Assembly: GCF_006345805.1 (NCBI RefSeq)
Contig: NC_043002.1
Coordinates: forward strand, 94,612,001-94,676,000
DNA from: Octopus sinensis
Taxonomy: Eukaryota
Length of the DNA: 64,000 nucleotides
Direction: 5' to 3'
Made by a program: the position numbers and the translations under genes. Shown in pieces: positions 52,016-64,000 of this stretch. Below the pieces are notes generated by a model. The model did not search any database and was not told the DNA's origin. It worked only from the letters and a program-made list of their open reading frames with translations. Position 1 is the stretch's first letter, and the number at the start of each line of letters is the position of its first letter.

Positions 52016-52021
52016 ATATTT
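51264..52021. repeat. (TA)n/(TACA)n low-complexity block with an internal ~125-bp duplication
   Basis: TTTGTTTCTTATTTTGATTATATACG...GTGCATGCATATATAT occurs twice (about 51767 and 51897). Confidence 0.9.
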
Positions 52022-52081
52022 ATAAAATTTATGAATAAATGAAAGAATGGAGTTGAACGACAAATTAACAAATTTCCTATA

Positions 52082-52164
52082 TTTTCGACATATGTTTCGA
52101 AGGCTGCATATTTCTAATTGTGAAGGAATAAGGAGTACATTATGCCGCTTTCTCATCAGGAAAA
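52082..52164 (-). ncRNA. Canonical type I hammerhead ribozyme
   Basis: TTTTC-CTGATGA-GAAAGCGGCAT...ATGCAGCCTTC-GAAA-C ATAT G-TC-GAAAA. GUC triplet, 5-bp stem I, 9/11-bp stem II, palindromic ACATATGT. Confidence 0.9.
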
Positions 52165-52660
52165 ACAAGGAATTTATGTCAGCATCAAGATTCACAAAAA
52201 CTTTTAGATGTCTGCTCTCACGGAGCGCATAGCGTAGTCTCTGCCCTAGGCACGTAACTTCAACCGTGTTATTTCTGATGTGAATTTGCTACCCAGGTAT
52301 CGGTTAAACGAATTATCCATAAAAAGATATTTCATTTTTATACTCAAATATATATATATATATACGAGATAATAATTTCACTTTTAATTGTTTCAGTATT
52401 AATAGCCAAAGTATATCATGTTGAAAGTACTAACACTGAAAGTATAAAACTCAAAGTATTATCTCACTTAGAATAGAGATGTTATTGTTTCGCTTTTGAC
52501 ACGTAATACTAAAATAGTGTAAGAGATAAGAGATTACTCCGAGGTCGCATTAGGCAACAAGTTGAAAATGACACTGCATTTACCCTAGATAAGACATGAG
52601 TAAAATTTGAATGAAATCGGTTGATAGTTTTCAAGTTTTAGTTATGCACACATACATGCA

Positions 52661-52692
<32 letters not shown>

Positions 52693-52795
52693 GATGTAGA
52701 TATATAGATAAAGATATAGATATATATAGATATAGATATATATAGATATAGATACATACACATATATTTACATATATATATACTTATAAATCTAT

Positions 52796-52951
52796 GAGTG
52801 GTTGTGTGGTAAGTAGCTTGCTTACCAACCACATGATTCCGGGTTCAATCCCACTGCTTGGCACCTTGGACAAGTGTCTTCAATTATAACCTCGGGCTGA
52901 CCAAAGCCTTGTGAGTGGATTTGATAGACGGAAACTAAAAGAAGCCCGTCG

Positions 52952-53018
<67 letters not shown>

Positions 53019-53200
53019 TCCCCCACCATCGCTTGAAAATTGATGTTGGTGTGTTCACGTCCCCGTAACTTAGCGGTTCGGCAAAGAAGATCGATAGAAT
53101 ATGTAGTAGGCTTACAAAGAATAAGTATTGCGGTCGATTTGTTCGACTAAATGTGGTGCTACGGCATGGCCACAGTCAAATGACTGAAACAAATAAAAGA
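52796..53200 (+). mobile_element. tRNA-derived SINE with a CORE-like block and a LINE-type 3' tail
   Basis: Box A-like TGGTTGTGTGG, box B GGGTTCAATCCC, GCACCTTGGACAAGTGTCTT, internal (TG)n, tail GCATGGCCACAGTCAAATGACTGAAAC. Confidence 0.85.
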
Positions 53201-53483
53201 AAGAAAAGAAAGAACATATATACATATAAATCTATACATATGCATCTATACATATTCATGTATACATATACATATATATACATAAACATCTATATATATA
53301 CACACATATATATATACATACATAATATGTATATATATATATATATATAAGAAAATAGTAAAGTGTGAAAAAACGACAGAAGGCTTAAATGTTAAAAAAT
53401 ATATATATTTGTGTCAAAATGTCTGGAGAATATTGGAAAAATTTTTTTCCTTTCCTTAAAATGACATAATTTTAAAATTTTTA

Positions 53484-53523
53484 AAGAAATTACCGGTTTC
53501 GCGTGTAGCTTTTCAAATTTCTT
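53484..53523 (-). ncRNA. Hammerhead, U3:A8 variant (inverted pLTR copy)
   Basis: AAGAAAT-TTGAAAA-GC TACAC GC-GAAA-CCGG-TA-ATTTCTT on the minus strand. Confidence 0.75.
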
Positions 53524-55147
53524 GTGACGTTATGTTTATATTGTATGGAATTATCGTTGTTTTTATTTCCAGGAGATTTCTAAATAAGGGGAGGTAGTGA
53601 GTGATTTTTTCCGGTGTAGGGGAGATAATCGCTTAAAAAATTTTTTTTCCCATTTCCTTGTTAATTTCTCTGTGTCAGTATGTTCGGATGGTTGAGTCTG
53701 GGTTTGTACTTTTCAATGAAGAATGTTTCCTTGTTCAGTCTCATTTGTGTTGATGATCCGAAAGCACATTGGTAAAATGGGAAGATTAAAAATTGTGGCA
53801 GTAGTTGCTTTGCGCATTTCTCGATGTGCTCACTAAAAGGTATCATTCTATATTCTGGGAATGCAATCTGTTGTCGATGCAGTGTGCATCTGCGCCTGAG
53901 TGATAGTCCCGTGGAACCCACGTAGTCTTGGTGGCAGCCCGAGCATTTAATAACATTCTCTGGAATGAAAACATAGATAAACTCCTAAAATTTAAAAACC
54001 TATTGAACAGCATAAACCCAAATATACAGTTCACAATGGAATACAACCAAAAGGAGCTCCCGTTCTTGGATATACTAATTAAAAAAATTAACCTTAAAAT
54101 AGAAACAGACATTTTTTACAAAGCCACAGACGCCAAACAATACCTTCTTTTTAATTCATGCCACCCAAGACACACTAAAACAAACATCCCCTTCAACCTT
54201 GCAAGAAGGATATGCACAATAGTGTCAGAACAAAATACCAGGAACTTTAGACTGCAAGAACTCAAAAACACCCTAATTGACAGACATTACCCAGCTCAAC
54301 TCATAGAGGATGGGATCAGACGTGCAACAGAAATCAACATAGAAACTTTAAGAAAAGTTCAACACAACAACACACCTTCCCCGAAAATACTACCTTACAT
54401 ATCTACATACAACCCCAGAAAAAAGAAGCCTTCACCATCATCACCCAGAATTTACCAATACTTCATAAAAACCAAAATTAAAGGAAATTCTAAACATACA
54501 CCAAATCATTAAAAGCTACAAACAGCCTAAATCACTTAAAAAGATTCTCACAAAGGCAAAATTGTCTTCTAAAATTACGGATGCAAAAGTTAAAAAATGT
54601 GGTAGATCGAACTGTGCAACATGTCCTAACCTATTGGAAGGATCAGAATTCTTCTTTAAAGAGGGACAGAAATTTAAGATCAAATCTAACTTTACTTGTG
54701 CCTCTGAAAACATAATTATGTTATTAAATGCTCGGGCTGCCACCAAGACTACGTGGGTTCCACGGGACTATCACTCAGGCGCAGATGCACACTGCATCGA
54801 CAACAGATTGCATTCCCAGAATATAGAATGATACCTTTTAGTGAGCACATCGAGAAATGCGCAAAGCAACTACTGCCACAATTTTTAATCTTCCCATTTT
54901 ACCAATGTGCTTTCGGATCATCAACACAAATGAGACTGAACAAGGAAACATTCTTCATTGAAAAGTACAAACCCAGACTCAACCATCCGAACATACTGAC
55001 ACAGAGAAATTAACAAGGAAATGGGAAAAAAAATTTTTTAAGCGATTATCTCCCACACGAAAAAAAATCATCACTACCCCCCCTTATTTAGAAATCTCCT
55101 GGAAATAAAAACAACGATAATTCCATACAATATAAACATAACGTCAC

Positions 55148-55187
55148 AAGAAATTTGAAAAGCTACACGCGAAACCGGTAATTTCTT
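55148..55187 (+). ncRNA. Hammerhead, U3:A8 variant (pLTR of the truncated Penelope)
   Basis: AAGAAAT-TTGAAAA-GC TACAC GC-GAAA-CCGG-TA-ATTTCTT. 7-bp stem I and palindromic ACCGGT. Confidence 0.75.
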
Positions 55188-55357
55188 TAAAAATTTTAAA
55201 ATTATGTCATTTTAAGGAAAGGAAAAAAATTTTTCCAATATTCTCCAGACATTTTGACACAAATATATATATTTTTTAACATTTAAGCCTTCTGTCGTTT
55301 TTTCACACTTTACTATTTTCTTATATATTCACCCACGTGCTTTACCAAACAAACTTT

Positions 55358-55392
<35 letters not shown>

Positions 55393-55605
55393 GTCTATCT
55401 ATCTCTCTCTATATATATATATGTATATATTATGTGTGTGTATGCATGTATATATGTGAGATAATAGTTACGCTTTTAATTGTTCCAGTATTAATAGTGA
55501 AAGTATTTCTGTTTCTAGTGTATTTCTGTTTCTGTTTCTAGTGTATGGAAGGATACCTGTGAAATTGGAAGGATACCAATTGGAAGGATCATTGGAAGGA
55601 TACCT

Positions 55606-58590
55606 GTGAAAAAGAAGAGAAGAAATTCTCTCCTGCGCTGGGAAAAAAGCAACGATTTCTTCCAAAGATATAGTTTAACTTTCAAAAATGAATTGGATAC
55701 AAATAATCCCTTCCTTAAGAAAATTACAAAAAATAAAAAAGAAAAACCAAACAACCCACGAACAACCCCCAACTATCCTCCATACACTAGAAACAGAAAT
55801 CACCCACAACCAACATTTTCAAACCACGCAAGACTTAACAGGGAACAAGTTGACAGACAACGCGTCTATGAAATAAATTACACCAAAAACAGAACACACC
55901 AACAATATCCTAATACCAGACCCAACCACCATACAGCACAAGACGACGCTAGAATAAGAAATACACCACACACAAGTCGATACTACCCCATGAACCAAAA
56001 TTACTGGTCCCCACTGAACACAAGACAAACGCAAAAAAACACTATGTCAAGCAACATCCCACATACAAGCAGTTCGAAACAAAAATATTTCACATACAGA
56101 AATTTTACACACACCACAAACAAAAACAACCATAGATTCCCACACACACACAACAATCGGGGGCAACAATACCACCATTCCCCCGACCCAATATCACACA
56201 ACCTCACAGACAACTCATACAAACAAAATTACACCCAACATTTTTAGCCAGGGACCAGAGACACCAGGACACAGGCTGGAACCTAGTAATAAGGGAAAAC
56301 CGAAGATAATCAATCTTTCAACCAAACTCTTTCTAACATAAAAATTGACATCCTCTCAAAAGGGCTCAAATTACACCAACTCCACGCAGAGCCAACGTAA
56401 ATGAAATCAAGTATATATAACAGATTTTGCAGAAAATTAAGACTAGCAGAAGCATCAACCAGTTTCAATACTGAAGATGAATCATTAGTCAAAAACAAAA
56501 GTAAACACATCCCCCACAGAGGAAGAAATAAAGATCTTGACGAATTCTGTAACCACATTGAGAACTTTCCCTACCATACTATACATAAACAGAAAGTTAA
56601 CTCAAATTTTAACACTACACAATGGAAGGAACTGATAGAACTTCAAAATGATGAAGATATAACCATTAAGGAAGCAGACAAGGGAAATGCAGTTGTAATA
56701 ATGGATACATCATACTATAGAAATCTTGTAATTTCCTTGCTTGATGACAACCAACATTATGAAAAAATTACCAACTACACCCCACAAAAAATAATGAAAA
56801 CTCTATCTTCACTAATTAAAACCCATGAAAAGGAACTAACAACCAAAGAGATTGACTTTCTAACAAACTTTAAATGCAGACCTAGCCTTTTCTATGGTCT
56901 GCCAAAAATTCATAAAAGCCAAATTATAAATGAAACCATTAAAAAATCACCAAAGACATACATACACATGCCTAACCCGGGGGACCTAAAACTACGACCC
57001 ATTGTAGCTGGCCTAACCTGTGAAACACACAGACTAAGTTTATTTATGGACATCCTCCTGAAACCCTTCCTTAAACATATCGATAGCCATATCAGAGATG
57101 ATTTAGATATGTTAAACCACCTTCCAAAAAAAGCCAAGGAAGAAACAATCATGGTTTCATTTGAAGTAGTTAACTTATATACCAGTATACCTCATAATTA
57201 TGGACTAGAGGCAATACAGTTCTGGCTGGACCAATTTCCGGAAGAAATACCAAAAAGGATCAGTAAATAATTCATTACTAAATCAATTGAATTCATCCTA
57301 CATAATAACCATTTCATGTTTGACAATACATTTTACCGTCAAAAATCCGAAATTGCTATGGGTACAAGGGCAGCACCAGTCATTGCGAACCTAACAATGG
57401 GCTACCTGGAAATAATCATTTACCAGGAATCTTTATCAATCTTTGGAAACCCCCTCTCTCAATACATAAAAGAGAATTGGAAACGATTCCTGGACGATTG
57501 TTTTATACTCTGGAATGAAAACACAGATAAACTCCTAAAATTTAAAAACTTATTGAACAGCATAAACCCAAATATACAGTTCACAATGGAATACAACCAA
57601 AAGGAGCTCCCATTCTTGGATATACTAATTAAAAAAATTAACCTTAAAATAGAAACATACATTTTTTACAAAGCCACAGTCGCCAAACAATACCTTCTTT
57701 TTAATTCATGCCACCCAAGACACACTAAAACAAACATCCCCTTCAACCTTGCAAGAAGGATATGCACAATAGTGTCAGAACAAAATACCAGGAACTTTAG
57801 ACTACAAGAACTCAAAAACACCCTAATTGACAGACATTACCCAGCTCAACTCATAGGGGATGGGATCAGACGTGCAACAGAAATCAACATAGAAACTTTA
57901 AGAAAAGTTCAACACAACAACACACCTTCCCCGAAAATACTACCTTACATATCCACATACAACCCCAGAAACAAAGAAGCCTTCACCATCATCACCCAGA
58001 ATTTACCAATACTTCATAAGAAGCCCAAATTAAAGGAAATTCTAAACATACACCAAATCATAAAAGCTACAAAGAACCTAAATCACTTTAAAAGATTCTC
58101 ACAAAGGCAAAATTGTTTTCTGAAATTACGGATGCAAAAGTAAAAAATGTGGTAGACCGAACTGTGCAACATGTCCAAACCTGCTAGAAGGATCAGAATT
58201 CCTCTTCAAAGAGTGACAGAAATTCAAGATCAAATCTAATTTTACTTGTGCCTCTGAAAACATAATTTATGTCATAAAATACTCGGGCTTCCACCAAGAC
58301 TACGTGGGATCCACAGGACTATCACTCAGACGTAGATGCACACTGCATCGACAACAGATTGCATTCCCAGAATACAGAATGATACCTTTTAGTGAGCACA
58401 TTGAGAAATGCGCAAAGCAACTACTACCACAATTTTTAATCTTTCCATTTTACCAATGTGCTATCGGAACACCAACACAAATTAGACTAAACAAGGAAAC
58501 ATTCTTCATTGAAAAGTACAAGCCCAGACTTAACCATTCCAACATACTTATACAGAGAAATTCACCCCAAAGAAAAGGCAAAAAATTTTA
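55606..58590 (+). pseudogene. Penelope-like RT plus GIY-YIG ORF (stop at 57268-57270, frameshifts)
   Basis: IKEADKGNAVVIMD, FYGLPKIHK, LRPIVA, SFEVVNLYTSIP, IAMGTRAAP, WKRFLDDCF, LPFLDI, CGRPNCATC and YVGSTG. Confidence 0.9.
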
Positions 58591-58700
58591 AGCGATTATC
58601 TCCCTTACACAGGAAGAAATCACTTATTACCTCCTCTTATCTAGAACTCTTCTCAACATAAACATAACGATAACTCTTCTGAACATAAACATAACGATGT

Positions 58701-58740
58701 AAGAAATTTGAAAAGCTGAACGCGAAACCGGTCATTTCTT
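58701..58740 (+). ncRNA. Hammerhead, U3:A8 variant with GUC triplet (3' pLTR)
   Basis: AAGAAAT-TTGAAAA-GC TGAAC GC-GAAA-CCGG-TC-ATTTCTT. Confidence 0.78.
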
Positions 58741-58909
58741 CTAAACTATGTCATTGTAAGAAAAAATAATATTCTTCAGACATATTGACTCAAATATATA
58801 TTTTTTAACCTTTTAAAACAAGCCTTCTGTAGTTTTTTCACTTTTTACTATTTTCTATATATTCAAACACAAACCAACTTTCTCATCTATATATATACAC
58901 CACACACAT

Positions 58910-58962
<53 letters not shown>

Positions 58963-58968
58963 ACATTC

Positions 58969-59027
<59 letters not shown>

Positions 59028-59040
59028 GTGTGTGTGTGTG

Positions 59041-59405
59041 TGGAGGCGCAATGGCCCAGTGGTAGTGGGGCAGCGGACTCGCGGTCATAGGATCGCGGTT
59101 TCGATTCCCAGACCGGGCGTTGTGAGTGTTTATTGAGCGATCCGGCAGGGGATGGTGGTGATCCCTGCTGTACTCTTTCACCACATCTTTCTCTCACTCT
59201 ACTTCCTGTTTCTGTTGTACCTGTATTTCAAAGGGCCGGCCTTGTCACTCTCTATGTCACGCTGAATATCCCCGAGAACTACGTTAAGGGTACACGTGTC
59301 TGTGGAGTGCTCAACCACATACACGTTAATTTCACGAGCAGGCTGTTCCGTTGATTCGGATCAACCGGAACCCTCATCGTCGTAACCGACGGAGTGCTTC
59401 CATCC
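59041..59405 (+). mobile_element. tRNA-derived SINE
   Basis: Head TGGAGGCGCAATGGCCCAGTGG...GGTTTCGATTCCC, shared with 51022-51263 and related to 48011. Confidence 0.88.
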
Positions 59406-59463
<58 letters not shown>

Positions 59464-59468
<5 letters not shown>

Positions 59469-60460
59469 GTCGTTGAGCATGAAATTTATAGAAAAGAAAA
59501 AGTTTTCTAATGTTTTATAAATGCAAGCAATAGTTTTATTCATCAAAATATGCACCCATAAAGTCAATACACTTTTGCCATTTCAGCGGCAGCTTGTCCA
59601 GCACGAAACTGTAAAAGCCTGGCAATCTAGAGTCAATAAAATTGGGGAAAGCCTGTTTTACAGCATCATCGGAATTAAATTTCTTTCCTATCAAAGAGTT
59701 ATCCAAATTCTGGAAGAAGTGGTAGTCAGTTGGAAGAAGTAGTCAGTTGCTTTTTGAACTGTTTTGGTGGCTCGTCATTGTCAAACCATTGTGCTGAACA
59801 TTTATAGTTGTTGTATTGGATCCATTTCTCATCACATGTTACAATTCGATTCAAAAATGATTCATTTTTCTTGCAAGAAAGTAGCTGAATGCAGGCTTCC
59901 AAACGTTGCTGTTGCTGATTTTCTTTGAGTTCATGTGGAAACCACTTATCTAACCTTTTCACTTTACTGATTTGAACTAGGTGAGTCAATATTGTTTGCT
60001 TGATAACACCAAACAACAACGATAATTCACTGGCACTTTGAGATAGAACTGATTCGACGGTGTATTTCGGTTCTTCATTATTCCCCTTTGTTTCTGGTCG
60101 ACCGCGTTGCTCATTTGTGAGGTCAAAGTTACCAGAACGAAATTTTGCAAACCAATTTGACATTGTCTACTGTGTAACAACATTAGAATGAAATACTCCA
60201 TTAATATTCCGAGCTGTCTGTGATGCTATATTTCCTAGAAAGAACTCATATTTCAAAACTGTACGAATTTCCGACTTATCCATCTCTAAACAAAAATAGC
60301 AAAGGACAATTTATAAATACATTATAAATTACAAAATGTGTTAGAATTAAGAAACACATTAGTCAGCTTCCTAACAAAAAATAAAGATTGTCAAAATATG
60401 ATAACGGCGCAAAATGAGCAGCAGTAAATGTTTACCACATGCCTTACAACAAATTTCATA
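59464..60460 (-). mobile_element. Mariner transposon, internally deleted and degenerate
   Basis: MDKSEIRTVLKYEF..TARNIN..*TMSNWFAKFRSGNFDL..RGRP..KWFPHEL..RIVTCDEKW, C-terminus KLPLKWQKCIDFMGAYFDE*, 3' TIR TA|TTAGGTC. Confidence 0.9.
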
Positions 60461-60644
60461 TTGTATATATATACTTGTATATATATATATAGATGCACCA
60501 GAATTTTGTATGGTGTTATCCATATAAATCCATGGGGTGATTATAATCAAAATAAGCAACAAGAATAACTTCGGTAATTTGGTACGATCGTTTCACGCTA
60601 CATCATTTTATTAAATGTTAATATATATATATGATGATTATATA

Positions 60645-61073
60645 TTTAATAGTAGTTTCTAAGAGTCCATTTACATGAGTGAACACATGAAAAACCACTC
60701 TCTAATTTAACATTTAAGAGATGTCTCTTAGAATAATTCTAGACAGAAGGATGCAAAATGAGTTTCAGGCTTAAAAGCAGTTACCTTGCTTATAATTTCC
60801 CACTCCACAGAAAAACATTTTTTCTTGTCTTTCAAGTCCAAAATAAATCTACTGAGAATGGTAGAAGACCTCTTCCTAGTATTAAAGGTGTAAAGATATT
60901 TAGAGATCGTTTCTTAACAAAATTTTGCGTAGCTCCTATGTAGAATACCTATATATGTCAATGCAAAATTAATATATAAAATTTTCACTGAACACTGGTA
61001 TAAACCAGAAAACGAGGATGCTAGCGTCCTTTGAAGGACTATGTTCTTGACACAAGTATGTGTGTGTGTGTGT

Positions 61074-61124
<51 letters not shown>

Positions 61125-61610
61125 ATGTGCGTGTGTGTGTGTGTGTGTGATGGTTATAGTTTCTTAGATGGGTTACTATACTTGGATCGTTTCTAAAAAG
61201 CTAAGAAACAATGTTTTGGTCAAGAAGAAAGTGTACTTGAATAAGGTTAAAATTCGTCCATGAGTGCATATCCTCAAAACATTTATCAACCTTTACAATT
61301 TCTGGACGCCCAACATTTTATAACCCGAGTATACGTGGGATTGAAACCTGTATTTATATCTTAGTGGAAATGTACGCCTCGTATTCGATTACGGCTCCAA
61401 TTACGTTTCAGTCAAAACGTCCTTGTTTTTTTTGTTTTTTTTTTCATTTATCTTTCATACAAACTGCGTAGGGTGTATAGCCTTTTGTGTGAATACTGCC
61501 TTTCAAAGGAACGAGAATTTTGTATAGTTTTATGTACACAGCTCAAATTCTTTTGTATGTTGCGTCATTCTTGTATGATAGTTCGATGACCTAAAAAAAT
61601 AACGCGGCGG
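60645..61610. repeat. Second copy of the unclassified 16075-16520 repeat, interrupted by ~530 bp including (TG)n
   Basis: See 16075-16520. Confidence 0.8.
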
Positions 61611-61689
61611 CGATCAACAGAAATGGCTTTATTATACTTGATCACAGAAACGCATGATTTCATTTTATGAGAACACACAAAATATTTTC

Positions 61690-62100
61690 TGTCTCCACTT
61701 ATTCTACAAATGGAAAGTGTGTTGCCTCGTAGGATGGTGAGGGAGACGCTCTGGAACAATCACTCTGATTCACTAGCCTCGGACTTGCAGATAGCTTTCT
61801 TGGCATCAGTAGCGGCGTGCAGGGTGTAGTTTGGGGCCCAAGAACGCTGGAGGTGTCCATTGCCACAGGCTCAACCACAAATCTGTCAGCGGTCAACCAA
61901 TACTTTAGTAGTTTGCCCTTCTCGGTCCGATGAGCAGTGAAGCCTGGGCTGGCAGTTGAACACACCAAGTTGCCTTCGCATTATGTGGCATCCCAGATGA
62001 GGGACCTCTCACAGTGGAAAATTGTCATGCAGTGTGGCTTTTTGCCGTTCATTGGATCTAGCTCTGCTTGCTCTAGATTGGAAAGGAAGTCTGCGGCGTT
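61690..62100 (-). mobile_element. CRE-like non-LTR retrotransposon C-terminal RLE fragment
   Basis: GKKPHCMTIF..RSLIWDAT*..EKGKLLKYWLTADRFVVEPVAMDTSSVLGP, then QSVSLTILRGNTLSI. Matches the PDG-T--PW--G--L-WD-T ... KY ... P-A-ET-G--G ... QR-S-A-QRGN signature. Confidence 0.7.
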
Positions 62101-62337
62101 GGACGATTTTTTATAATGAAATAAAATTTAGGTTTCTGGCATAATTTTGCAAAATGTAACTAACGTAAGTTATCTAATAGTCCACATTTTCTCTATGCAT
62201 GTACATACAGGTACATATACATAACACACACACACACACACAGAAATATACATGTGTATGTGTGTAGGTACATATATATGTAGAGATGTGTATATATGTG
62301 TATATATAGTTGCATACATGTGTGTGTGTATGTATGA

Positions 62338-62381
<44 letters not shown>

Positions 62382-62959
62382 GCTATATTAAATCTCTGAG
62401 CGAAATATAAACATCGTAACATATAATTACCATCCAAGTGTGGCGTCCTATACAGGACAGTGCTACTGATATTTATAGCGCTAGGAACACATCTCTTCCA
62501 GCTGGCTAACGACACATCCTGTGTCCGATTAGTACTTGCGACAGGAGGTCATCGATCCCACCTCTAGGCTTACGTGATACACGGACTCGAGTTTGTTGGT
62601 GGTTACCTGTCCTCAGCGTGTGTTAATCACCAGCTAGTGACGAAAACACATTTCCTGCGACAAACTGTCGTTGATCTCGAAACGGAAGAAATAAGCTATA
62701 TTAAATCTCTGAGCGAGATATAAACAGTGGCAATTATATGTTACGATTCCGAAAGTTCCCTAATAGGGGGTGGGGTAAACAATTGGAGTGAGCTGAGGTT
62801 CCCCACCAATTCTGAACGATTCGATGGTTCGAGGGCATCTGAGAAGGGCACTCTTCACCCTCGCAAATTCACTAGCCTACAGGTGCATTATTAGAGTAGG
62901 TCTACTCACACAGGCCACTTTCGCTACATTTACTCACCTTCTAGAAAATGTACTGGGGG

Positions 62960-64000
62960 GCAGCGCTTCTCTCTCTACCCGCATCTTCCTTTCCAAGTGA
63001 AACTTGAAAAAGTTGAGCGGGGATTAACCGAACAGAAAAGTGTCTGTCTTCAGTCTTTCCAACCTGTCCACGATACAACCACTTTCGCTACTGCTATCAG
63101 ACAGAGGAAAATTGCCTGCTCTTCCGGACCGATGGAAGGCGGCGGATCGATCTTCACTATACACTCGACCGATAGCCGGATCTGTCCTATACATGATAAC
63201 AGCTCCACGCATCACGAGCAGGTCAGCTTGACAGCAGTTCTGTGCTTGTAGAGTTTATCTCGAACCGGTAGTGCCTTCCCCCCGCCGGTAGCACTGCCAG
63301 CCTAGGGATTTCTGGAAGTTATCCATCGTCCCCGGCTCGAAAGTCCTCCTGAACAAACTCGTGAGTTCGACTTCGTCAACGACTGGCGTCTTTCCAAGAG
63401 CGTCATCGTCCTTTCCTTTCACTAACCCTCTATAGAACTCAAGAGTGGATGTTCCACTGATCGCATTGCCCGCCTGGTAGGGGGCAACGAGTGCCTGGCA
63501 ACATTCCAGATGCGAGTCACCTTGCCTCGGTCTCTTCTTGACCCAGTAGTGCAGCTCAGTGAGGGAGACGATAAACGGTGACCACATTATGTTCACCGTT
63601 TAGGCAGAATATCTGGAGATGCCGCAGCCTCAACGCATATCATTAGGCACGGCATGCCCAGCCCTCCGCGTAGAGAATGTTGGCAGCAGATAAATAGGAA
63701 GCACTCCAACTTGGTGAGGCGGTACTATGTGACGGACGCGATGTACGCATTCACCACCTCCGCTCTACTCTTTAATGATAGTTTCTTCCCAGCCGATTTC
63801 AGGGTGAGACTGGCTACCCTGCTCACCACCTCGTCCCAATTCTTATCCACCGAGAGGTCTGGTCCGAACGAAACCCCAAGCAATTTTACCGGTCTGTCCT
63901 TCCCGAGTCCAACGACGCTGTTGGACGGCATGGACTAACCTCACCAGTTGCAATCCCACCGACTTATCCGGGTTAAGTTTTGCTCCCGTCAACTTTTTAT
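62960..64000 (-). mobile_element. Tx1-like ORF2 3' region (different subfamily), running off the window end
   Basis: PVKLLGVSFGPDL..RAEVVNAYIAS, GLGMPCL, FYRGLV..FQKSLGWQCYR and C-terminus LINFFKFH. Confidence 0.85.

Larger units (their letters stand above)
53343..55328. mobile_element. 5'-truncated Neptune-type Penelope-like element with an inverted duplicate of its 3' ~610 bp
   Basis: 53343-53956 is the reverse complement of 54718-55328. The sense part 53957-55328 has the RT thumb (LPFLDILI, YKATD, RRICTI), CGRSNCATC and GIY-YIG (YVGSTG..RRRCTLH..E). Confidence 0.92.
55540..58864 (+). mobile_element. Near full-length Neptune-type Penelope-like element
   Basis: Pieces 55606-56247, 56401-57270 and 57271-58143, GIY-YIG at about 58140-58560, and a 3' pLTR homologous to 55010-55328. 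Confidence 0.92.

Noticed and set aside
52047-52232. 61-aa ORF as a small gene
   Set aside because: It is antisense to the hammerhead in a non-coding repeat, and the frame is not conserved in the 5524 relative.

Overview
AT-rich, microsatellite-dense eukaryotic DNA, most likely a cephalopod (Octopus-like). That assignment is inferred from the tRNA-derived SINEs, the repeat load and the LINE families, and is not proven. I found no supportable host gene; the window is a nested transposon field. It contains a Helitron remnant split by a hAT MITE, four Tc1/mariner remnants, a near-complete CR1-clade LINE, seven same-strand R4/Dong-like RLE LINE copies in (AAT)n-type tracts, six Tx1-like L1 copies, a Gypsy LTR element, two Neptune-type Penelope-like elements, a CRE-like fragment and four SINEs. 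Two structures stand out. (1) Three head-to-tail Tx1 copies (9.2 kb) are bracketed by four (GATA)n arrays and sit inside a chance TAGATAGATA in an R4 reading frame, which points to a GATA-microsatellite-targeting Tx1 family. (2) There are about 11 type I hammerhead-ribozyme motifs, most with a self-complementary stem/loop III. They include a U3:A8 core variant, a U4C variant, a ~1 kb foldback with a hammerhead in each arm, and a 508-bp hammerhead-bearing unit bounded by direct repeats. All structures were read by eye; no database search or folding program was run.
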